The notes under the pieces are model-generated. The model was not told the DNA's origin. It ran no database searches and saw nothing but the letters and a program-made list of their open reading frames with translations. Below, in pieces: positions 28,677 to 43,024 of a stretch of DNA of 64,000 nucleotides. The stretch is taken from positions 75,888,001 through 75,952,000 of the forward strand of contig OX597816.1 of NCBI GenBank assembly GCA_951406725.2, given 5' to 3'. This DNA is from Octopus vulgaris (Eukaryota). Made by a program: the position numbers and the translations under genes. Position 1 is the first letter of the stretch; each line of letters opens with the position of its first letter.

Positions 28677-29304
28677 TATACGCATACACATATATAGAAA
28701 CACATACACACATATATGTGAATGTTTGTGTTGTAGTGTGTGTGTGAATTTATACATATTATACGTTATATATTTATACATAGCGCAAAATGAAAAATAG
28801 TATCGAGTCGTATTTATTGATGCTTATGCCACTTTGCATTTTGAAGTTTACGTGAACAATGAAATAAGTACCATACAATGCATTGAGACTGTGCATTTTC
28901 TAAGCTGACTAGCATGGTCATAGACAATACCTGAAACCAATGAAAGGTATGTAATAAAATCGTGATGAAACTACATACTTAGTTCACGGCTCTACTCTTT
29001 GCGAACTGTATTTACCTTGTAGCCTTTACTTCTATAAATGTAAGGTCATCGATACATCGACGTAGAGCATAGTTCAGGAAATTTCCTGAAACCGTTACAT
29101 GGCTGGCATTTATTATGTATCATGCTTCGATGAGATGAATGTATGAATAGTGAAATTGAACCCATTCAACAGGATTTCCTCATATAGAAAACAGCTTCAC
29201 ACTTTTTTCCGACTTTGCATTCTCACTGAGTATTTATGTCACATTTATAAATTTGTCACCACAGTTTCATATGGTTATATCCTTTATTATAGCAAAGTAA
29301 TTGA

Positions 29305-29305
29305 A

Positions 29306-29355
<50 letters not shown>

Positions 29356-29462
29356 TGAAGGAGAGAGTGAGAGAGATAGAGAAGGAAGGAGATTGAGAAA
29401 GAGGGAGAGGGAGAGGGAGACAGATAGATAGATAGAGAGAGACAGAGAAGGAGAGAGAGATA
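29305..29462. repeat. (GA)n-rich tract
   Basis: Direct reading. Confidence 0.9.
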
Positions 29463-29962
29463 GAAAAATGTGTGTAAATATAGCTATGACATATTTATAT
29501 TGCAATTCACACGAATGTTCCGTGATATCTTATTCCGAAATATTTTTATCGTGTCTTGTATTTCTCTCTCTCTCTCTCTCTCTCTGCCTCTCTCTCACAC
29601 ACACACATACGCACACATACACAAACACACACACACACTCAAACAAACACATACACACATTAACTCCAATGTGATATTTACTGTTGTTATTGTTCTACTT
29701 TTAACACTGTCATTTCGCTCTGCAATAATATATTTTTTCACAACACTGTGATCTTAAAGATAAAAAAAAACTATATCATATCACGCTGTTTTTGTCCATT
29801 TGGTTCTCAACTCCATTGTCGATTTCTACTAAGCTATGCTTATGGTCTCCATGTAATTTTACGACTTGGTTATTGTATCATTATGTTTTTACTTTGCCAT
29901 GATTTTTATATCATTAGTTTTAACCCACATAATTTTTTACTTCTACTTTTGTTTTCATCATA

Positions 29963-31147
29963 CAAAAGTTGGCTGAAACGTTTATAGGGTGACTATGAAA
30001 GGGTGATGCTAGAGCTGTGAAATCTTTCATGCATTAATTTCGACTTTTCTAATTAATAACTACATTTTTTCTTTCCAACTAAACTGACATATGACTCCAA
30101 ATGTAACAAGTAGCAACTTCTCTTAAAAATGCAGAAAATTTGCATCATGCAGAAAAAGGGTTTATTCCTCAGCGACATTCATATCAATGAGGACGCGGCA
30201 GCTTTATCATTGTGTAAAACGAGGCAGCTGAGTTTAGGGAGGGAAACGAGAGTCTTGAAGATGACCTAAAATATGGACTTCCAGCAACTGCTACTACCGA
30301 GTGTAACATTGAACTTGTTCACCGCATGGTCATGGATGGCAGACGATTGACTATAACTTAAATAATCTATGCTATTAGCATATCTCGTGAGAGAGTTGAG
30401 AATATTCTGCACTATGAAATTGGCATGACAAAAGTTCTTGCTTGGTGGGTACCACGACTTCTGACACCTGATCACATCACAGGAAAATCTAACATTGTTT
30501 GAAACAGATCCAGTTGGTTTCCTTCAGCGTTTCTTAAGCCAGTATAAGTGTAGAGACAATCTATGCTGTGGAAACATCTCTCTTCACCTGCTCCAAAGAA
30601 GGTAAGGTCGTCTCATATGCTGGGAAGGAGATGACCTCAGTTTTTAAGGATGCAAATGGCATTGTCTCTACCGACTATATTTAAAAGGGCCAACCATCAA
30701 TTGGGAGTACTATTCCAACTTGATGAGGCAGTTACAAAAAGGCTACGAAGACCAAATGCCCAAGAAAACCGACGAAAAGGAGTCTAGGTCTAGTTTCATA
30801 AAGACAGTGCTCCAGTACACAAGTCCTTGGTGTCAATGGCTCACGTGTATTTAAACTGGTTGATCACCCTCCCTCTTCTCCTGATTTGGCCTTATCTATC
30901 ATCTACTCCACAACAGGAAAAACTCTTGACTAGGAATATATGTCGCAGTGATGATGACGTCATATCTGCTGTTTGTGAATTTTTGCCGAACAGGATGAAA
31001 GCTTCTTCACCAATGGAATTTAAGCGGTTCAGCACCGATGGAAGAAGTGTGTGGAGCACGAAGGGAACTAAGTTGAAAATTAAACCTTGTTTGTCACATT
31101 CCATGAGAGAATCTTGGTCAGTCTATGAACTTTTCAGGCGATCCACG
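29963..31147 (+). mobile_element. Degenerate mariner-like transposon
   Basis: TA-flanked diverged TIRs; WVPRLL.PD, AGK.M.SVF.D..G, DHP..SPDLA motifs. Same family as 39387-40561. Confidence 0.85.
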
Positions 31148-32398
31148 TATCTAGTTTTTAATTCTCATTTGAGTTTTTTACACTATTGTGGATTTTACCT
31201 GTTTCTGCTGTCAACTCTAATGTAGACTGTTAATATTTATCTCTATTATCGATTAATCTGAACATATCAATTATCTACACCTGGGACCATAAACATTTTA
31301 ATCACGACTATCCAAACTTGTACACTAAGCATTTCTTTTGTTATTGTCCCCTTCCTATTTTGAGACAGAAGTGTATAAACTGAAAGAATTTGGCAGCTAT
31401 CTAAAACATTAAGAGTGTTTCCTTAGAGAAACCCTTGCTCACTCAAAACTCTTTTGGTCCATAGTAGGTTTTACTTATGTTGGAGTTTAACTCAGTGGGT
31501 TCGTTTTACGTGCTGTAAATTTTACCCTTCTAAGGTCTTCAATCCACTTTTCTTGTTAAAGCACACAGAAGGGTTTAAATTAAGAACTACACTTTAACAA
31601 GCCTACCATCAATAGTAGAATGCAACGTTTATATAACAAGATGGTGATGAGGAACACACCTTTTTTTTTATCAGAAATACTTTTAATTGATGTTACGTAT
31701 TCAGAGTAAGACAATTTAGCAGAGACAAATTCTTTAGTAAGTTACAGTATGTAATGAAAGTATGTGTTCATGTTTGTATAGTAATGTAATACGCTCACTA
31801 ATTATTCAGTGGTGCTGCTGAATAGTGATGTTTTTACATAAGTATAGTATTTGGACTGTACGACTTAATGATTAAACATATATCTTTGAGGCAGGGCCCA
31901 GAAAAAACCCCAGCAGACTACATGATATGAAACAGCATGCTTTGGCTTTGTGAATGGTGCTCTGATCATTCAATTCTCTGGATCGACTTATTATTCACTT
32001 CCAAATATGGAAATAAAGTCTTTGGTAATAAGAAAACTTGTCTGATCAGAACACTGTTTTTCATTTTAAAAAAATGCAACTTTCGGAAATTCTGCGATAT
32101 TGTATATAATTTTTCACTTTGTAAGTGAAGGAAGAATAAGTATTTTAAACGAAAAACATATTATACTTGACATTTCTCATACCCATAAACCAAATATCAG
32201 GCTTTTTTATTTCATTTTGTAGAGATGAGAAATCACCGATTACTAGATAAATGACTTTTTTCCTGTTTTAGGTTCGAAATATTTTTCTCGTAAACGGTTG
32301 ACGTAGGTTGAAAACCACACACAAATATACACACAGATGCACACATATATCTATCTATATATGTATATATACGAACACAACTATGTGATAAATTCTTA

Positions 32399-32430
<32 letters not shown>

Positions 32431-32606
32431 TACACATAAGCCACTTTACACACAAGAAATAAGAAATTAACATTAGTGACTTTCCTTTATATATTTGTGG
32501 ATAAGGTATTATTTCACTACACATAAAAACCTCTATCTAGCTAAATCTGATAACCTCTTTGTATCTCTTACTTTCATCCATTCATCCATCCAGTCTTTCT
32601 TTCTTG

Positions 32607-32668
<62 letters not shown>

Positions 32669-32709
32669 GTGTCACTACAAAGTTTTGTATGCGTGCTCGT
32701 GTGCGTGTG

Positions 32710-32790
32710 TAGGCGCGTGGCTTAATGGTTAGGATATTGCACTCATAATCGTAAGATAAGATTGTGGTTTCGATTCATGGATCGCGCGAT
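32710..32790 (+). mobile_element. Isolated degenerate tRNA-derived SINE head
   Basis: AGGCGCGTGGCTTAATGGTTAGG...GTTTCGATTC. Confidence 0.55.
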
Positions 32791-32833
32791 ACTCTGGGTT
32801 CTTTTGAAAAAGACTTATACATACACACACATA

Positions 32834-32891
<58 letters not shown>

Positions 32892-32895
32892 GTTT

Positions 32896-32938
<43 letters not shown>

Positions 32939-32939
32939 T

Positions 32940-33535
32940 CATTTAATAAAAAAACATATATCAGAACGAAGCTATAGAACAGTAATTATTATAACAAAAT
33001 TTTATATACAGTTACCCAAGGTTTCGCACATACAAAGCCTTGTGGACTGCTGGTCAGACTCTATATCAATACAAAGTTGATTTTCCGGGTCCGTATATTA
33101 ATGGAAGGAGCCGTTGTAAAATTTGTATCACTGATAGAGCCAAAATTATTAAGGATTTTAAGAAGCTTAGCGCATTAAACAGCCCTAAAGAAGTATTTTC
33201 TAAATGAATATATTTCAAACGTTACTTACTAGAAAATTGGATCTTCCCGTTTGATCATTAGGTCTCTCCTAGTATATAAGGGTCTGTTTTTTACCTTCTG
33301 TTTAAGGGGAAATAACCCGTAATCATTAACGTTTTCCCTATCCCTCGAGATCTGAGTATTTCCTCACGTCCACGACGTAGATATTTTAAAATGTTGCATT
33401 CATATAGAGTTACACGAGCTGTCCACAAGGCTTTAGCTTTGTGCGTGCGAAACCTTGGGTAACTCTATATAAAATTTTGTTGTAATAAACGCCACGCATC
33501 CATTTCCAAGTAAGTTTATCTTAATAATTTTGATG
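32940..33535 (+). mobile_element. Naiad-like Penelope 3' fragment with an inverted pseudo-LTR
   Basis: ~85-bp inverted arms (about 32985-33066 / 33401-33488) enclosing PGPYINGRSRCKICITDRAKII..LNS.KEVFSK*IYFKRYLLENW. Confidence 0.75.
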
Positions 33536-33929
33536 CGATTCTACCTTCTACTGTCTTTCTCCTCCTCTTTCCTTTTTCTCTCTCTTCCTTCTCTGATTCT
33601 TTTTCTCCCCTTCTCCCCCTTTCGTTTTTCTCTCTCATACTTTCTCTAATTATTTTTTCTCACTTTACCGTTTTCTATCTGTCACTCTCTCTCTCTTCCT
33701 CCTTACTCTCTCTCGTTGCTCACACGTGACCACCGTCCATCTTTCTCTTCCTCACGTGATCATCTTTCTTTTCCTTCTGTCTGTCACATAGACCTGACGC
33801 ATTTTTATCTGTCTCCTCTCCTATTTGTCGGTAATAATGTATTTTATAATTAATTAACGGCAATATAAAAGGAAAAGTGCTGTGTTTATAAATATGTAAG
33901 AGCCTATCTTTATGAAATTTTCCCATGCA

Positions 33930-34255
33930 GGTGAATTGGAAGAAGTAAAATGCCCTCTGCGTTCATCGCATCTCAAATCACTAGAATTTTTTTATGGAGA
34001 TACTTAAAAGATAAAGTTTATGGTACAAAACCAACAACGGTCGAATTGAGACAACCATTGTAAAACAATGTGCACACATACCGAATGAAATGTTTCTTGA
34101 TGCTTGCGATTCTATAGCTTCACGTTATTAGCATTGCCCGAACCAGAACTATCATAAGAAATTAATTAAAAAATTACATTTTTAAAAAGAAATCTGTTTT
34201 AATAAACACAAACTTTAGTATCATTCTATGTGCGTATGCAATTCTGAAAACCCTT
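33930..34255 (+). pseudogene. Tc1/mariner-superfamily (DD41D-like) transposase 3' relic
   Basis: Degenerate WP.RS..L..L.FF.W.YLKDKVY. Confidence 0.55.
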
Positions 34256-34347
34256 TATATAATTCGAATAATCCTATCAGGTATCAGGTGGTGCTATTAA
34301 GTTAGGCCTGGACCAATCTTTGGTCGAAACATATCTAAGTCTATCCA

Positions 34348-34385
<38 letters not shown>

Positions 34386-34411
34386 AGGGTTTATATATAT
34401 ATATATAAAGG

Positions 34412-34448
<37 letters not shown>

Positions 34449-34562
34449 CATCAACCCACCCCACACGCACACACACACGACTTTTACCCGTCAGGTAACT
34501 TTTTAAGTATGCTTTTGTCACCTTCGGTAATATCATAATTATAATACAATAAAACTGTATAG

Positions 34563-34700
34563 TTCTATATTTAAGAGATGAGGAATTATGTACATTATTT
34601 ACATTATTTATATTTGGAGGGTATATCAGCCGAAACATTGTGTTAACAACAAACAAGATGAGGACAAATATCCGTCAAATGTAAATAATGTAAATAATAC
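34563..34700. mobile_element. Mini fold-back Penelope pLTR remnant with a half hammerhead
   Basis: ATTATTTACATTATTTATATTTG / CAAATGTAAATAATGTAAATAAT inverted; internal ..TATATCAGCC-GAAAC. Confidence 0.6.
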
Positions 34701-34704
34701 TGTC

Positions 34705-34760
<56 letters not shown>

Positions 34761-34904
34761 TAATAATATTAAGCAGATACGGTAAGCATACAGAATCTGG
34801 GACATTGTATCTTTGTTTCTGCAAACGATGTTAGTGTTGTTTTATGACTTGCGCGAAGAAAAGTATCACTGTAAATTAATTAAGGGTAATTAATTGTGAT
34901 AAGT

Positions 34905-35660
34905 ACCTTGTCAGTAATTTCATCAGCTGGTATTTTTTTCGCCTAGGAATTACATCGCGAGCCAACACATCATTGGTAAAAATTATCGCCGCGTTTGTGC
35001 ATAACATTATTTAAAGATATTATTCACAGAGTAAATACATAAAATTTCATTGATAATGAAAAGAATTTTAAAGAGAAAAAATATGTTATCAATATAAAAT
35101 TTCTTCAATGTATTTATGAGCAAAAAGAAAATCGAAGTTACTTTTAAAAATAAATTTAAAAATAAAATCTATAGTTTAAAAAATGGCAATTTTAAATTGC
35201 AGGAAGGAAGAATCATTTTAAAGAAGACACACCGTGAATAACGTTTCTTAAATAATCCAGTATTTCGCAGTTTTGATATTCATTAATGATATATCGAATC
35301 CTCGAGGCAATTTCTGTGTGCAATGTAATATCCCTGAAGCAACGATATGCCATTCGATTATTACTTCCTTATTTTTTTTCAAGATTTCTCATGATTTCTA
35401 GCACGCTAGCGAAATTTGACATTTATTTTGTGAAAAACAAAAAATAAAGAAAAACAAGATTAAATAATGTTTAGAGATATATTAACTTTGCAGATAAAAA
35501 GTGTAACGATAAATTTACCGGCTATGTAACTGACCTGGCATTATATCGACGATATATTGGCTTACGAAGTAACTACCTGCGATGAAATTACAGGAGATAC
35601 AACAGGTAATGAAATTACAGGTGTATTATTTACCGCAATATAATAACCTGCGATAATTCT
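34905..35660. mobile_element. Old inverted-repeat element (MITE/foldback-like)
   Basis: Three motifs in mirror order: GTAATTTCATC/GATGAAATTAC, GCCAACACATC/GATATATTGGC, GGTAAAAATTATCG/CGATAAATTTACC. Confidence 0.45.
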
Positions 35661-37144
35661 ACGACACTGAATTTATAGCTAATACGTAAAAACACTACTC
35701 TGGGTTAACTGTGAAGCAGCTGCTAGTTACTTTTAGTCTTTGCGAAAACGATCAATAGAAATTCGAAAACGAATCAGTTGAGATTGGTTTCGAATCCAGC
35801 TCACTATTTTTTCGTACACTTGCGGCGTCTAAAATGCTCGGCTGGCTTAGTTATGCACTTATAATTACATGTCTTGATAAATCTACAGAAAATCTAAGGC
35901 AGGCAATATACTTAAAAACACACACATATTAATAGTTATTTACTAATTATTCAAATTTAGAAACTCTTTTTTACCACACCCGTTTCTGCTGCTTAAAAGT
36001 AAATGAGTCAGAAATCTAAACTTTAAGCATCGGTTGCATCATATGGAGGTTTTCGTATCTTGAGCTTGGCCTGTTTCGTAACCCCTGCTTCACTAGATCC
36101 TTTGCTAGTATGGCACATGAATTGCCATTCTTTGCAGGTATGGGTGACAGCTAGAGATCAGAATGAGCTTTCTGCCACCTATCAGCAAATGTGCAGTAAT
36201 TCCAGATGAAGACACAACTAATAATCTACTTGAGAGAGGAAACTTTTTACCAAAATTAGGTTGGTCAAATATGTTTCTCCCGTTCCATAAACGTCAACGA
36301 AAGCTCAAGATACCACCAATTGACTGATCACCGTAAAAGCTTAATTTCTATCTAGAATCAAGAGTAATTCATTTTGTTAAACACGGTGTTCAGCTGTTGA
36401 ATACTCTAGCTGGTTACCTACAGAATTTATCGACTGGGAGTTTGCAGTTTTCGTTCCAACTGTACAGAGTTGCTGCAGTTCCAACTGGAACTGACAGTCC
36501 ACACTCTTCAAGATCGAGTCACTCATAGATTTTTGACGCAAATCAGTTATTTGTTGTATATGAGAGAAATATAGCGATTTTATACATGTTATCCATGCTA
36601 TAGCATGTCATCTGTCTTGTCTGATTATGCCAGACTAACTAAGGAAAGTATTATAAGGCCTGGAGATCAGTACTTTCAGGCTGTACAGCAATCTCCCGAT
36701 TCTCATATTAGTGGATATGAGTGTAAGAAACGAGAGAGTGTAAGATTTTATGCAGCTCTCTCTTTCTCAATGTTTTTGTTCCTTTTCCTCAATAAAAACA
36801 GAAATAGAAAAGGCGACAGAAGGAAAATAAACAGTAGTGAGAGGTCACAAACCAAGAAGTGAGACTAATGAGACTGATGGTGAACTACTTGTGTTTACAA
36901 CTTGTGTCAAGATGGAAAAATCCACATTCAAACCCACGCTGTCATTGAGAGTAAGACTGTGAGGCAAACGATTAAAAGATTGACAGATCTACAATAAAGG
37001 GTCAAGTAGTCTCTCATGCGAGAAACTTCAAGGAAAACTATTTTTTCCGAATGACATGTCATCCATTGTTGGATCAATGCATTAGCTTTTTTCCCTCTCT
37101 GGAACCATGATTCATTTTGATAGACATCTAGTTTTACATGGTAG

Positions 37145-37195
<51 letters not shown>

Positions 37196-37321
37196 GTGTG
37201 TATGTTATGTGTGTAGGCGCAATGCACATATACACACACACATATGGAAATTTCTTTTTATATCATCAATTTGTAGTATTTTTCTGTTTGCATTTCTTAC
37301 CGGTTCTCTCAACTTATACAT

Positions 37322-37368
<47 letters not shown>

Positions 37369-37371
<3 letters not shown>

Positions 37372-38629
37372 GGGTTGGAAAAAGTAATGGAAACACCTTA
37401 AAATTTCAAACAAATTTATTTTAATATGGGGTAGGACCGCCTTTGGCATTAATTACAGCTTCGATTCTACGAGGTATGTACTCGTACAAAGTTTAAATTG
37501 TTTCCAAAGGAATCTTTGTCCATTTATACAGCTAAAACAGTCTCCAGTTCTTGTAGTGATGATGGTGGAGGATATCGACTCCTTACTCGTTTTTCTAAAA
37601 TGCGCCATAAATGTTCAATAATTTTGAGATCTGGGCACTGTGGTGGCCAGATAAGATATTCACTTTTACTAGAATGTTCCTCGAGCCATTCAGTAATAAA
37701 TTTAGCTGTGTGAATTTGTGCATTATCATCCTGAAGGATTGCAGTTCCGCTGCCATAGGATGAATTTGATCAAATAAAATGCTTAAACAGTCTTCACTAT
37801 TAATTCTGCCATGAAGAAAACCATTGGGCCGGCGGATTTCTAAGGTATATCCCCCCAGATCATTGCAGATCCTCCTCCATGTTTAACAGTTGGAAGCAGG
37901 CAGCCTGGGTCAAATGCTTCTTTTGGCTGTCTCCACACGTATACTCGGCCGGTAGTCGGAAATAAGGCAAGGATGACTCGTCCGAGAAAATAACATCCTT
38001 CCAATGCTCTACGGACCAATTCTGTAGGTTTTACTCCACTCTAAACGCTTTGCAACATTCGTTTTTGAAAGTAGTGGTTTTCTGATTGCAGCCCTCCCGT
38101 GAAATCCGACTCTGTGCAGCTCCCGGCGAACAGTTTTTGTGGAAACTGGGTTCTCGAGGTGGTCATTAAGCTCTGCAGTAATTTTGGGGGGGGCTGTACT
38201 TTTGTGATCTTTTCTAACAATTCGTGTAAGAGTCCAACGGTCCCTATCTAAAAGTTTTGGTTTTCTTCCGGAGTTTTGTTTCGACGAGGAGGTTTTTCTT
38301 TTTTTCTCAAAGGCTGTCATTACTTTCGAGACAGAACTTCTTGATTCACCACACATTTCGGCTGATTTTGTTACGCTAGCGCCTGCCATACGAACACCAG
38401 CAATTTGATCTCTTTGCAAGTCAGATAGATCTGTCATTTTAATGAATTTTAATTTACCTTTTTCTGATGATATCTGAAAAGAAACAGTAATTTTAGCAAA
38501 ACATATTAAGCAACCCTAATAATAAATAAAAAAAAAAACAAAAATAAACAAGCTTGTGACGGTTTTATAGATATTTCAAAATTATGATACTATGATGCTA
38601 GCTGTTTACATTATTTTGTCCAACCCCTG
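37369..38629 (-). mobile_element. Tc1-like transposon with both TIRs, TA target; transposase broken
   Basis: TA|CAGGGGTTGGA...TCCAACCCCTG|TA; ORF 38009-38437 HTH/GRKPKL; FSDESS, TVKHGGGSAMIWG, QDDNAQIH, WPPQCPDLKIIEHLW. Confidence 0.93.
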
Positions 38630-38633
38630 TATC

Positions 38634-38708
<75 letters not shown>

Positions 38709-38719
38709 GTCTATCTTCT

Positions 38720-39245
38720 CAATGTTTGCAGAGTCCAGAATGAAGTTTCAATGGTCATGCATTTTAAGTTACCAACAAATGTGAAAGTTCTGGGAGTCGT
38801 CAGCAACGACGGAGATGTTACACTGCCTACACAGAAAGTTGTGAGGCCCTGGGTAGTTAGAATATGTAAGGAAGCCCGTTTTCCAACAAGTCTCTGCGCT
38901 GTTCTATAACACTAGGACAACCCAAGCGTGGATTTATGCCAATCTTCATGATCATGTTCTCTCAAACTCATATCCTCATAGTTCGCCAGATCTCAGTCCA
39001 CTGGACTGTTAGGCATAGGGCGCAGCCAAGAGAGAGTGAGACAGAGAGAAATAGAGAAAGAGAGAAAGAGAGAGAGAGATGTTAATCACCCCCACCTGTA
39101 ACACGATGCAATCTCTCAGGTTCATCTTAACCAGTATTATGTCTAAAATTGACAAAGATCCTCTGAGTCGTGTATGTCAATGCTTTCGACTCCGTATTGA
39201 AGCAACTATTAATGCTAACGGTGGATCCATTAAATAGGTGTGATA
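38720..39245 (+). pseudogene. Tc1/mariner-superfamily (DD37D-like) transposase relic
   Basis: K.P..V.VLGVVSNDGDV..P; SPDLSPLDC; CFRLRIEA.I.ANGGSI. Confidence 0.65.
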
Positions 39246-39386
39246 CCAACTTTCTCAAGATTATTTGTACCAATTTGTTTTCAACTACAACTTCTCGTTG
39301 GTGAGATATGCGCCATTTTTATAATTCATACAAAGACCTAAAATGCTGATGTACCTTGTATATATACACAAATACATACTTACATA

Positions 39387-40561
39387 CAAGGGTCGGCAGA
39401 AAAATTCATAGACTAACCAAGATACTCTCATAGAATGTGACCAAATGAGGCCAATCTCCCTCTTGGGCTTCACGTACTTCTTCCATTGGATCCCATTGGT
39501 GAAGAAGCTTTCATCCTGTTATAAACAGCACATATGACATCATCATCAATGCAATACTGGTTCTCAGCCAAGTGTGTTTTCATGTGGTGCAGCAGATGAT
39601 AGATAGAGCCAAATCAGAAGCATACTAGTTGAAAGCCACAGTCACACACAACAACCATTGAAACCAAGACTTTGTGTATTGAAGCATCATCCCGATGAAA
39701 CAGGACCCCCTTTAGTCAGTTTTTCTGGGCATTTCGTCTTCATAGCCTGTTGGTAATTGCCTGAACAAGTTGGTATAGCACTCCCCATTAATGATGTGGC
39801 CCTTTTCAAGATAGTCAATAATCACATTGCTTTTTGCATCCCCAAAAACTGAGGCCATCACCTTCCCAGTAAATGAAACGACCTTGGCTTTTTTGGAGTA
39901 GGTAAAGAGAAGTGTTTCCACTGCATAGATTGTCTCTTTGTCTCTGTCTCAAAGTGGTTAACCCAACACTCGTCTTGGGTTAAGAAACGTTGAAGGAAAC
40001 CAGCTGGATCTACATCAACAATGTTAGATTTTCCTGTGATGTGACCAACTTGGTGTGCTTTTGATCAGGTGTCAGAAGACATGGCACCAAGTTCATTGCG
40101 AAGAGTATTTTCAACATTCTCACAGGATATGCAGTGGCTACTTGTTTTATAATCAATCACATGTCATCCATTACCATGTGGTGAACACGATCAATGTTTT
40201 CCTCTGTGATGGCATTTCCTGTAGGTCCAGGCTTTGTGTCACATTCTAGATCCTCCTTTACTTTCCTAAATTCAGCTGCATACTTTTGCGCTGTTGATAA
40301 AGCTGGATTGTCATTTCCTAATGTATTAACCATATCAGCATGAATGTCCTTGGCTGCCAAAACGTTTTTTTTGCAGGCACTTGACAGCACCTTGATGCTA
40401 AATTTTTTCCATTTCCAAGAGCAGTAACTACTTGTTACTTCTGAAGTCTTCTTTGAACAGTCAGATGTCAGTTTAGCTAGAAAGAAACAATGCAGCTATG
40501 AACAAATGTTGAAATTAATGTTCTTTGATAATCGGCCTATGAAGCTTGCAGCCTACCCACG
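39387..40561 (-). mobile_element. Degenerate mariner-like transposon with both TIRs
   Basis: TA-flanked TIRs; KDIHADMVNTLG, TQDECW, KKAKVV...GKVMASVF.D...IDYLEKG..INGE.Y. Confidence 0.9.
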
Positions 40562-40790
40562 TACATGTATATATGTATATATATGTTTATGTGTGTATGC
40601 ACGCCTGTATTACATACGTGGGTGTGCATGTGTGTAAATATCATGTGTATGTATGTGTGTATGAGAGAGAGAGAGAGACGGAGCGAGCGAATCAGAGAGA
40701 GAGGAGGAGAGAGGGGAGAGAAGGAGCGAGCGAGCGGTAGAGGAAGAGAGAAATAGATATATATAGTGAGATAGAGATAGATAGATAGAG

Positions 40791-40847
<57 letters not shown>

Positions 40848-41879
40848 GTGTGTGTTTTATGTGTTTAAGTCTAAATTTAACAGTGTAATGCTTCGTTATT
40901 ACGAATGCCTCTTGCCCTGTCATTATCGAAATAAGTTGGCAACTGTTCAGAACACCAGCCAATTTATAGTTGCATATACAGGTTTTGGACATAACTTGTA
41001 GATGTCGATTGCTTATTTCACTGCTACAGATCTCCGTTCAAATAGGTGTAACTAGGTGTTAATCATCATTATCAACAAGAGCAACAACAACAATAACAAT
41101 AGAAAACAACCACGGAATTCGAAACTTGATAAACCTGCGACATTTGTTTTTGTATGTTGCGTGCATATTTACAGTATGACAGATTACTTAGTGCACACAA
41201 ATGTTTAGTTCGCTTGAATTTCGATGAAAGTAAAATAAAATTATCTTCTATCTTTCCGAAGACTTTCAACTTCCTTTCCTTGATGTTTTTCCCCTTCTTC
41301 TGTGGAACGATCTTTATGATAATGAGATGTGTGAAGATACATACAGATATGTTATAATAAAATGTTCGACATTTTCAATGCATAATAGTTTTTCGGAACT
41401 AAAATCAACTATTTTCTCTATATGAAATTGATATTTTTTAGAATATTTTTCACATCTTTTCTCACAGATGTTTTGATGTTATCATCTAGTTAAGAATATT
41501 TGTTGATAGAAAGCGGGCCAGTCTGCTGGTCAAAAGTCAATAGTTCCCATCTCGTTATAAATGGTAGTATGTATCAAATCGATAAGAATAATTATTCAAG
41601 TTTGCGTATAGGTCCCATGGTTAGGTATAGGGAACCATTGTAACCATGGAATTAATTTTGTTTTCCGCCGGGTACTTTAATGCAGGAAACATAAAAATCT
41701 CGGATATAAATGACTGTGCAATAAGGAAAACATACAATAACTCAATGACGATTTTATTTCGATTTTATTTTAAATTTCCTGGGAAGTACAAATGAAAGTT
41801 TTCGTCAATTTTACCGAAGCATGAACTTTACGGTACTTGTCAAAATAGTAACGTATGAGTCCTGGAGTAAATATAAAAT

Positions 41880-42900
41880 AATATATATTTTTTAGCGTAA
41901 GACTACAAATATTCATTCAGAGACACCACAATGTTATTGCATAAAATAATTGCAAAAATTTTTATTTCTGGAAAACATAACAGTTTGACTACACGAATAG
42001 GCACCAACACCTTAGCTAATTTTCAAACATTATTTGAAGCCTTATTCAAAAACACTTCAAAAACTTCCAACAACAAACTTTATCTTGAAGTAATATTATA
42101 AAATATGCTGTAAAATGTGTTTGTATATTCATTGGAGAACAGCAACAAGAAACATGGAATGTATTTTGAAATTGTATCAGATATAGACAGCGATATAACT
42201 GGACCACAATTTCCCAAAACTGTGAGACAAAACAGAAATAATGGAAGTTATACCTTCTACTTGAGCATTGTGAGGCCAGACTGCTATATAAGTTAGCTTA
42301 CCTATAATGATGTTTCTCTCTTTCCTTCTCTCTCTCTCTCTCTCTCTCTTCTATATATATATATATACACACACATTATAAAACCAAAGAGTACTCGATA
42401 CTTGGAAATGGGATAAACATTCTTTTTACAAGAATTTATGTTGACTTTCATCTAAACAATATTTCGTGCCGGTGGAAATCAGTAATTATGCAACAAGAAT
42501 TCAAATCATAAAAGATACACTGCCATTACAGTTCGTGAGGGATTATTTGTGATTTAGTTTGTGTTTGAATAATAAATGATTTTGGCATATACATAGATGT
42601 ATAAGGGGTGAACAGTTCTGGATACTATGTTGGATACGATGGGTGTTCGTCTGGTATGTTGATTTTGTTCATTCATTTTAAATCTTGAATTATGCTTGCA
42701 CTGACGAGTAAAGAGTGCTTACCACTGCACTGATTACGAAATCACAGGTGATATACAGCTGAATTCTGTTTTTAAATGACTTGCTTCGAGAGTTGCATTC
42801 GTTACGATATGTTTATTCTAGTAGTTTTGACTTTAAGAGTCCCTCCTAGCGTGTGGCATTTATGTGTAATAATACCCTCTATATAATATAAATAAATATA
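41880..42900 (+). mobile_element. Highly degenerate Penelope-like remnant
   Basis: YKICCKMC..IGE GIY-YIG-like trace at ~42097-42140, followed by a hammerhead on the same strand. Confidence 0.45.
42696..42758 (+). ncRNA. Type I hammerhead ribozyme (one stem I mismatch)
   Basis: UUGCA-CUGACGA-GUAA...UUAC-GAAA-UCAC-AG-GUGA-UA-UACAG; stem II contains an extra AGUGC/GCACU hairpin. Confidence 0.75.
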
Positions 42901-42990
42901 TTTAAGTGAAAAAATTGGTGGACTTTTTCTCTTATGAGAAACTACTTGATAAATTCTTATGAAGATTTTATCCTACTTTTAAATAGTGTT

Positions 42991-42994
<4 letters not shown>

Positions 42995-43024
<30 letters not shown>

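Noticed and set aside
29073-29090. 18-bp perfect palindrome TTCAGGAAATTTCCTGAA
   Set aside because: It is isolated, with no supporting context.
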